In this document: in pieces, positions 57,923 to 64,000 of the stretch | Layout: every line of letters begins with the position of its first letter | Numbering within the stretch: the first letter of the stretch is position 1 | Assembly: GCA_964509605.1 (NCBI GenBank) | Contig: CAZDXF010000002.1 | Coordinates: forward strand, 89,514-153,513 | DNA: 64,000 bases | Source: an uncultured Candidatus Saccharibacteria bacterium | Lineage (GTDB): Bacteria; Patescibacteriota; Minisyncoccia; Phycocordibacterales; Zambryskibacteraceae | Direction: 5' to 3' | Made by a program: the position numbers and the translations under genes | The notes under the pieces: model-generated | What the model saw: the letters and a program-made list of their open reading frames with translations, nothing else | What the model was told of the DNA's origin: nothing | Database searches by the model: none

Positions 57923-58801
57923 ATGCAAGAAAATCTTACTGACAAAAAAATCAAAGAGCTTGAAACCAAAGCTAATGAAATAAGACAGACGATAATAGAA
58001 GCTTTGCTTGAGGCAAAGTCTGGGCACACTGCCGGACCTTTGGGTATGGCTGATATTTTTACTCTTCTTTATTTTCATATTTTGAAGCACGATCCTAAAA
58101 AGCCCAGTTGGGAGGATAGGGACAGGGTTGTCTTGTCTAATGGGCATATTTGTCCCGTGCTTTACGCCACAATGGCACATGCTGGGTATTTTCCGGTTGA
58201 TGAATATAAGAAAACTTTAAGAAAATTTGGCAGTAGATTTCAGGGGCATCCACATAGAGAATTTATGCCAGCTCTTGAAACAAGTTCTGGTCCTTTAGGC
58301 TCAGGACTTTCTCAGACTGTTGGAATGGCGCTTGCTGACAGAATTGATAGAGGCAGATCTTCCGGAAAATTTTTTTATTGTTTAATGTCAGACGGTGAAC
58401 TCAATGCTGGAAATTCTTGGGAAGGAGCAATGCTCGCAGGTAAAGAGAAACTTCACAATTTAATTGCTGTTATAGATAGAAATAATATTCAAATAGATGG
58501 GTTTACAGAAGATATTATGCCTTTGGAACCATTAGTTGGAAAATGGAGATCTTGGAATTGGCATGTAATAGAAGCAAACGGACACGACTTTCAAGATTTA
58601 AATGATGCATTTCACGAAGCCAAAGCTATTTTTGAAAAACCAACAGTTATAATTGCTCACACAATTCCTGGCAAAGGGGTGAGTGAGTTTGAGAGAAAAT
58701 ATGAGTGGCACGGCAAACCGCCAAACAAAGAAGAAGCAGAGATGGCTCTAAAAGAGCTTCGTAGTTTGGGCGGTAAAATCGCTGGGTATCATAATGATTA
58801 A
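57923..58801 (+). CDS. Transketolase, N-terminal (TPP pyrophosphate-binding) subunit
   Basis: GHTAGPLGMADIF, GDGELNAGNSWE TPP-binding motifs; split-gene form. Confidence 0.85.
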   Translation: MQENLTDKKIKELETKANEIRQTIIEALLEAKSGHTAGPLGMADIFTLLYFHILKHDPKKPSWEDRDRVVLSNGHICPVLYATMAHAGYFPVDEYKKTLRKFGSRFQGHPHREFMPALETSSGPLGSGLSQTVGMALADRIDRGRSSGKFFYCLMSDGELNAGNSWEGAMLAGKEKLHNLIAVIDRNNIQIDGFTEDIMPLEPLVGKWRSWNWHVIEANGHDFQDLNDAFHEAKAIFEKPTVIIAHTIPGKGVSEFERKYEWHGKPPNKEEAEMALKELRSLGGKIAGYHND

Positions 58802-59057
58802 TTTATGAAAATCGCTTTGAAAAACACGTATAAAATTTTGGTAAATTTTTCCTCCGCTCGCGCCGTCGCGCTCCGCGAGGTTTTTCAAAGCGATTTTGAA
58901 GAAAAATAGGCAAAAAGCAAAATAATATAAATGCAAAAACTTAATCCAAAAATTTTTGATAAAGACCCCGTACAAAACAGCGAAACCAAGCTTTTAGTCG
59001 CTTCGCGAGTTTCTGTCTTGTACGGGGCGAGACACAATATTTAAAAATTAAAGTAAT

Positions 59058-60044
59058 ATGTTGAATTCCAATTTAAAACTCAATCAGAAGCTATTTAGCG
59101 ATGATATAGAGCAACAGCCTATTCGTAAAGGGTTTGGTGAAGGACTTTTAATTGCTGGAGAAAATGACAAAAGAGTTGTTGGGCTTTGCGCCGATCTTAC
59201 AGAGTCTACTCAAATGCATTTATTTAAAAACAAATTTCCAGAAAGATTTGTGGAGATTGGTGTTGCAGAGCAAAACTTGGCAACTGTTGCTTCTGGGATG
59301 TCCGCCATGGGCAAAATTCCATTCATAACTTCTTATGCAATGTTTAGTCCAGGGAGAAATTGGGAGCAAATTCGCACAACTATTTGCTACAACGATAGGC
59401 CTGTGAAAATTGCTGGAAGCCACGCTGGAATTTCTGTTGGCCCCGATGGGGGAACACATCAAGCAATAGAAGACATCGCTATAATGAGAGTAATTCCTAG
59501 AATGGTTGTTATTTCACCTTGTGATGCAATAGAGGCAAAAAAAGCAACAATAGAATCTGCGAGGGCAAACACTCCTGTATATATAAGATTGGGTAGAGAA
59601 AAAACTCCCATAATAACAACAGAAGAAACTCCATTTGAAATAGGGAAAGCGCAAATATTTTTTGAATCAAAAGATCCACAGGTGGTAATCATTGCTACAG
59701 GTTCTTTGGTGCACAAAGCTTTACTATCTGCAAAAAAACTTGAAGGAGAGGGAATAGGCACTATTGTTATAAATCTTTCTACCATAAAGCCTCTGGACAG
59801 TGAGACGATAATTTCCGCTGTTAAGCGAGCTCCGAGAGTCGTGACAGTTGAAGAACACCAAGTTGCTGGAGGAATGGGCTCTGCTGTTGCGGAGGTGCTT
59901 TCAGAAAATTTTCCAGTACCACACATTTTTGTTGGTGTTAGAGACCAGTTTGGTCAATCTGGAACTCCGGAAGAGTTAATTGAGCACTACGGTTTAGGAG
60001 AGAGCTCCATAATAGAAGCAGTAAAAACAGTTATTGAAAAATAA
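59058..60044 (+). CDS. Transketolase, C-terminal (pyrimidine-binding + C-terminal domain) subunit
   Basis: FVEIGVAEQNLATVASGMS and downstream transketolase C-domain. Confidence 0.85.
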   Translation: MLNSNLKLNQKLFSDDIEQQPIRKGFGEGLLIAGENDKRVVGLCADLTESTQMHLFKNKFPERFVEIGVAEQNLATVASGMSAMGKIPFITSYAMFSPGRNWEQIRTTICYNDRPVKIAGSHAGISVGPDGGTHQAIEDIAIMRVIPRMVVISPCDAIEAKKATIESARANTPVYIRLGREKTPIITTEETPFEIGKAQIFFESKDPQVVIIATGSLVHKALLSAKKLEGEGIGTIVINLSTIKPLDSETIISAVKRAPRVVTVEEHQVAGGMGSAVAEVLSENFPVPHIFVGVRDQFGQSGTPEELIEHYGLGESSIIEAVKTVIEK

Positions 60045-60049
60045 TATTT

Positions 60050-60089
60050 AAAACTATTCTACAATTCTGCAGAATTGTAGAATAGTTTT
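60050..60089. terminator. Bidirectional terminator (perfect 18-bp palindrome)
   Basis: AAAACTATTCTACAATTC-TGCA-GAATTGTAGAATAGTTTT. Confidence 0.75.
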
Positions 60090-60133
60090 AGTAAGAGAGC
60101 CAGACTCCAAACTTTTATTTTTTTGAAGACAAA

Positions 60134-60352
60134 ATGAAAAAGGGTATTTATAAACATTCTAAGTCGGGACGCGAATATAAAGTCATTGATATTGTGAAGC
60201 ATTCAGAAACACTAGAAGATATGGTGCTTTACGAGGCTTTGTATGAAAATGAAATATCAAAACTTTGGGTTAGACCAGTTGATATGTTTACCGAGGAAGT
60301 TGAAATTGATGGAAAAAAATTCCCAAGATTTGTTTTTGTGAGAGAAATTTAA
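60134..60352 (+). CDS. DUF1653-family small protein
   Basis: YKHSKSGREYKVIDIVKHSETLEDMVLYEALYEN pattern. Confidence 0.55.
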   Translation: MKKGIYKHSKSGREYKVIDIVKHSETLEDMVLYEALYENEISKLWVRPVDMFTEEVEIDGKKFPRFVFVREI

Positions 60353-60353
60353 T

Positions 60354-61352
60354 CTATTTTAAAACATTGGGTTTGTAGTTTTCAGGAGCTTCTTCTAGGA
60401 GTTTTTCCAAAGATTCTCTGGTTAAAAGACCTTTTTGCGCTCCAACTTGTTGGACAACAGACATTGAATTTATTGGCCCCCAAGAAAGAGCTTGGGGAAT
60501 GCTTAGACCCAGAGCTAGAGCAGAAGTAAAAGTTGAAGCAAATGCATCTCCAGCCCCAGTGCGTTCAAATGGTGGTTTTGGATCTGGGTATGTTGGCATA
60601 AACCATATTTCATTTCCGTCATATGCATAAGCACCCTTTGGTCCATCTGTTATTACAACTATCTTAGGGCCAAGCAAAGACATTTTGTTTATTAAATCTT
60701 TTATTTCAATTTGTCCATCTATTTCTAAAATTCTTTTCGCCTCTTCAACATTACAGAAAAATATTTCTGATAATTTATAGAGCCCATCAAGTTTTTCTTT
60801 GCCAAGTTTCATCTGAAATGTTCCTGGTTGAAATGCAAGTTTAACCGAAGGGTGAAGTTTGAGGTATTTGGCGATTTCTTCGTGGTAAGAAAGAGAATTT
60901 TCAGCTAAAGAAGAAAGATATAGCCATTTAGGATTTCCTATGTTTGGCATGGAGTACTCATATTCTTGGTGTTTTACCAAAATCGTTCTCTCATCTTCGT
61001 ACCACAGAACATAGTGATAATTAGTTTCTCTATCTTTGTGAACTTTTACAAATTCTGTTCCAACATTCTCTTTTTGAAGTGTTTCAATGCATTCTTTTCC
61101 GTTTATATCATCTCCAACATGAGCTACTAAAGCCGAAGAAAGCCCTAATCGTGAAGCTGAAACAACGGCGTTTGCACTATTTCCTACAGCTCGCACAACT
61201 TCTACAGATTCATAAGGAACTTTATCTCCAAAATTTACACAAAGTTGGCAATTTTCTTTGTCTATGTCGCAATGAACGCTTGCATCTTTTAGTCTTATAA
61301 AAGCATCTGTAACAATGTCTCCTATGGCAATAAAATCGTAATCTTTATTCAT
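60354..61352 (-). CDS. PfkB-family carbohydrate kinase (ribokinase-like)
   Basis: N-terminal IAIGDIVTDAF, C-terminal GAGDAFASTF motif. ATG at 61352 preferred over the track start at 61418, which abuts the element TIR. Confidence 0.75.
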   Translation of the reverse strand: MNKDYDFIAIGDIVTDAFIRLKDASVHCDIDKENCQLCVNFGDKVPYESVEVVRAVGNSANAVVSASRLGLSSALVAHVGDDINGKECIETLQKENVGTEFVKVHKDRETNYHYVLWYEDERTILVKHQEYEYSMPNIGNPKWLYLSSLAENSLSYHEEIAKYLKLHPSVKLAFQPGTFQMKLGKEKLDGLYKLSEIFFCNVEEAKRILEIDGQIEIKDLINKMSLLGPKIVVITDGPKGAYAYDGNEIWFMPTYPDPKPPFERTGAGDAFASTFTSALALGLSIPQALSWGPINSMSVVQQVGAQKGLLTRESLEKLLEEAPENYKPNVLK

Positions 61353-61418
61353 ATTTTTAGTATAACAGAAAGACTCTCTTTTTACGGAATAAAGCTGTGG
61401 TAAAATATGAATATGCAT

Positions 61419-61699
61419 CCCGTTAGAGATCTATAATTATTTATGTTTTATTACATCTACATAATTAGAAATCCTAAGGGTCGTTTTTATACGGGAAGTA
61501 CAAATAATCTACGGAAACGCTTGAGCCAGCATAATCAAGGAAAATCAACATATACTAGAAGCCTTGGTCCTTGGAAATTGGTATACTTTGAAGGTGGTAT
61601 AAACGAAGATGACACTCGGTCGAGAGAATTATTTCTTAAATCTGGGATGGGTAAGCGTTATGTCAAAAATAGACTCAAGCGTTTCCTATCTCTAACGGG
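61419..61699. mobile_element. 281-bp GIY-YIG-encoding mini element with 12-bp TIRs (copy B)
   Basis: Same TIRs; only about 5 substitutions versus copy A; right end abuts the fba ATG. Confidence 0.75.
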
Positions 61700-61703
61700 A
61701 TGA
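61443..61703 (+). CDS. GIY-YIG nuclease-superfamily small protein (element-encoded)
   Basis: 86 aa, 3 aa differences from the 56489..56749 product; TGA overlaps the fba ATG. Confidence 0.75.
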   Translation: MFYYIYIIRNPKGRFYTGSTNNLRKRLSQHNQGKSTYTRSLGPWKLVYFEGGINEDDTRSRELFLKSGMGKRYVKNRLKRFLSLTG

Positions 61704-62569
61704 GATCACTACGAGAATATATAGAAGAAGCGGAAAAAAACAGGAAAGCTTTGGGGCATTTTAATATTTCAAACCTTGAAGGTGTTTGGGCAATAGCTAG
61801 AGCTGGAAAAGAAGTTGGAGTACCAGTTGTTATAGGAGTTTCCGAAGGAGAAAGAGAGTTTGTTGGTGTCAGACAGATTAGAGCGTTAGTTGATAGTGTA
61901 AAAGAAGATCTTAAGCACCCGATATTTTTGAACGCAGATCATACATATTCTTTAGAGAAAATTAAGGAAGCGGTAGACGCAGGTTTTGATTCTGTGATAG
62001 TAGATGGAGCGAAACTTCCATTTGAGGAAAATGTGAAAATAACATATCAAGCGGTTAATTATGCTAAGTCAAAAAATCCAGATATTTTAGTAGAAGGAGA
62101 GCTTGGTTTTATAGGGCAGTCTTCAAAAATCCTAGATTCTTTGCCGGAGGGTGTAAATTTGGCTCCAGAAAATTTTACATCTGCAGAGGATTCAAAAAAG
62201 TTTGTAGAAGAAACTGGAATCGATCTGCTTGCTCCAGCGGTTGGGAATATGCACGGTATGATTAGGGGCGGAGCGCAAACACACCTTGATGCTGAAAGAA
62301 TTAAAATGATTAGAGATTCTGCGGGGGTCCCGCTAGTTTTGCACGGTGGTTCGGGAAACACGGATCAGGATTTTGTGAAAGCGATAGAAGCTGGAATATC
62401 AACTATTCACATAAATACAGAACTCAGACTTGCATTTAGAGATGCTCTCAAAAAAACTCTTCAAGATGATCCTGATGAAGTTGCGCCTTACAAAATTATG
62501 AAACCTTCGTTAATTGCTATGCAAAAGTTAGTAGAAGAGCGCCTAAAGCTCTTTAGTAGAATTTCTTAA
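61700..62569 (+). CDS. fba: Fructose-bisphosphate aldolase class II
   Basis: Class II aldolase length and motifs (FLNADHT, VLHGGSG). Confidence 0.8.
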   Translation: MRSLREYIEEAEKNRKALGHFNISNLEGVWAIARAGKEVGVPVVIGVSEGEREFVGVRQIRALVDSVKEDLKHPIFLNADHTYSLEKIKEAVDAGFDSVIVDGAKLPFEENVKITYQAVNYAKSKNPDILVEGELGFIGQSSKILDSLPEGVNLAPENFTSAEDSKKFVEETGIDLLAPAVGNMHGMIRGGAQTHLDAERIKMIRDSAGVPLVLHGGSGNTDQDFVKAIEAGISTIHINTELRLAFRDALKKTLQDDPDEVAPYKIMKPSLIAMQKLVEERLKLFSRIS

Positions 62570-62570
62570 T

Positions 62571-64000
62571 ATGGAGGGTTTGAAAGAAAATTTTGAAGGA
62601 GAGATTTTTTCTGATGACAAAACCCTGTCTCTTTACAGTAAAGATGCGAGCTTGTGTGAGGTCAGGCCATCTTTGGTTGCATTTCCAAAACACACAAAGG
62701 ATATTCAAAATGCTGTTCGTTTTGTTTTAGAAAATAAAAAATCTGATCCCGGTCTATCTCTTACGGTGCGAGCTGCTGGTTCGTGCATGGCAGGGGGATC
62801 TTTGTCCGAGTCTATAATTTTGGATATAACAAAAAATATGGGTGGAATAGAAGAGATTTCAGACGCTTCTGCGACTGTTTTACCCGGGACATTTTATAGG
62901 GATTTTGAGCCGGAAACCCTTAAAAAAGGTCTTATTTTGCCATGTTATACAGCTTCAAAAAATCTTTGCGCAATAGGAGGAATGATAGGGAACAATGCGG
63001 CTGGAGAGAAAACTTTGCAGTACGGTAAAATGGAAAATTTTATTGAATCATTAAATATTGTTTTTTCGGATGGCAATGAGTATGAAGTCAAACCTCTCAA
63101 TAAAAAAGAATTAGAAGCAAAAATTTCTAAAGGTGATTTTGAAGGAGAAATTTATAAAAAGATTTGGAATCTCATTGAGACAAATAAAGAGGAAATACAA
63201 AAAGCAAAACCAAAAGTTTCAAAAAATTCTGCGGGTTATTTTATTTGGAATGTTTGGGACGGAAAAACTTTTGATTTAAACAAGTTGATAGTTGGGTCTC
63301 AAGGAACTCTCGGGATTGTAACAAAAGCTAAACTCAAACTTGTGCCCGTAAAGAAAAAATCAAAACTTTTTGTTGTATTTCTAAAAGATTTGAAACCGTT
63401 GGCGAATCTTGTAAATGAAATTCTTTTGTTTAAACCCGAAAGCATTGAATCTTATGACGACGAAACAATGAAGCTAGCTGTTAGATTTTTTCCGGAGATG
63501 CTCAAATCAATGAAGGCCAAAAACTTTTTCAAAATGATACTTTCTTTTGTGCCGGAAGCGTGGCTTATGGCCACAGGAGGGATACCAAAGTTGATATTGC
63601 TTGTAGAATTTTCTGGCGATAATGATGAAGAGATTGATAAAAAAATGAATAGTCTGAAAGAAAAGATCGCTCACTTCAAATTGAAAACTCATATATCAAG
63701 CAGTGAAGAAGAATCTCAAAAATATTGGACTATTAGAAGGGAAAGTTTTAATTTGTTAAGAAAGCATGTCCGTGGGAAACGCACAGCTCCTTTTGTTGAT
63801 GATGTAATAGTTAGGCCCGAACATTTGCCAGAGTTTCTTCCAAAAATGAGGAAGATTTTAGATGACTATAAGCTCATATATACAATTGCGGGGCACGCTG
63901 GAAACGGTAATTTTCATATTATTCCGCTTATGGATATGAAAGACAGAAGAAATGTTCAGAAAATTCTTGAAGTGTCCGATAAGATATATGATTTAGTAGC
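62571..64000 (+). CDS. FAD-binding oxidoreductase (FAD-linked oxidase, GlcD-like), 3' end truncated by window edge
   Basis: FAD-binding PCMH-type N-terminal domain (VRAAGSCMAGGS). The frame stays open to the window end, so it is not in the ORF track. Confidence 0.65.
   Translation, partial: MEGLKENFEGEIFSDDKTLSLYSKDASLCEVRPSLVAFPKHTKDIQNAVRFVLENKKSDPGLSLTVRAAGSCMAGGSLSESIILDITKNMGGIEEISDASATVLPGTFYRDFEPETLKKGLILPCYTASKNLCAIGGMIGNNAAGEKTLQYGKMENFIESLNIVFSDGNEYEVKPLNKKELEAKISKGDFEGEIYKKIWNLIETNKEEIQKAKPKVSKNSAGYFIWNVWDGKTFDLNKLIVGSQGTLGIVTKAKLKLVPVKKKSKLFVVFLKDLKPLANLVNEILLFKPESIESYDDETMKLAVRFFPEMLKSMKAKNFFKMILSFVPEAWLMATGGIPKLILLVEFSGDNDEEIDKKMNSLKEKIAHFKLKTHISSSEEESQKYWTIRRESFNLLRKHVRGKRTAPFVDDVIVRPEHLPEFLPKMRKILDDYKLIYTIAGHAGNGNFHIIPLMDMKDRRNVQKILEVSDKIYDLV

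Noticed and set aside
57923-60044. Split transketolase as a pseudogene or frameshift
   Set aside because: Both halves are complete, with intact motifs and separate start and stop codons. Split tkt genes are a known normal arrangement.

Overview
This window is low-GC (roughly 37-40%) and gene-dense. I infer a reduced Patescibacteria/CPR-type genome: tight or overlapping gene spacing, split transketolase, a short RF2 without the programmed frameshift, and most native genes lacking Shine-Dalgarno (SD) sites. Core content: gatA (5'-partial), prfB, ftsEX, pyrG, a phosphoribosyltransferase, secG, groESL, lemA-htpX, msrB, nrdAB, gap, an rpiB-rpe-tkt(N/C)-fba pentose-phosphate/glycolysis cluster, RNase J, a P-type ATPase, ABC/MFS transporters, and 8 tRNA genes. 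Accessory content is unusually dense. (1) A ~14-kb putative integrated element lies between two tRNA genes, tRNA-Asp and tRNA-Thr, each interrupted by a compact group I intron. It carries a large serine recombinase whose 3' end overlaps the tRNA, a DnaG-Zn-finger/TOPRIM/P-loop primase, a Type III R-M pair, and a tightly packed S49 peptidase / DUF2726 / small ORF / RNase H-fusion gene set. (2) A free-standing LAGLIDADG homing endonuclease gene ends inside the 5' exon of the intron-tRNA. (3) A family of tiny GIY-YIG-encoding elements carries 12-bp terminal inverted repeats: two near-identical 281-bp copies, one 121-bp ORF-less derivative and one remnant. Every copy ends exactly at an ATGA start codon, so the element ORF's TGA stop overlaps the host gene's ATG. 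(4) tRNA-end duplications flank short GC-rich inserts. (5) Several GC-rich (~58-60%) genes with strong GGGGCAAGGAGG-type SD sites sit in the AT-rich background and are probably horizontal acquisitions. I saw no CRISPR array or rRNA. All coordinates were anchored to ORF-track start/stop positions, and the ORF track reports TTG/GTG starts as M.
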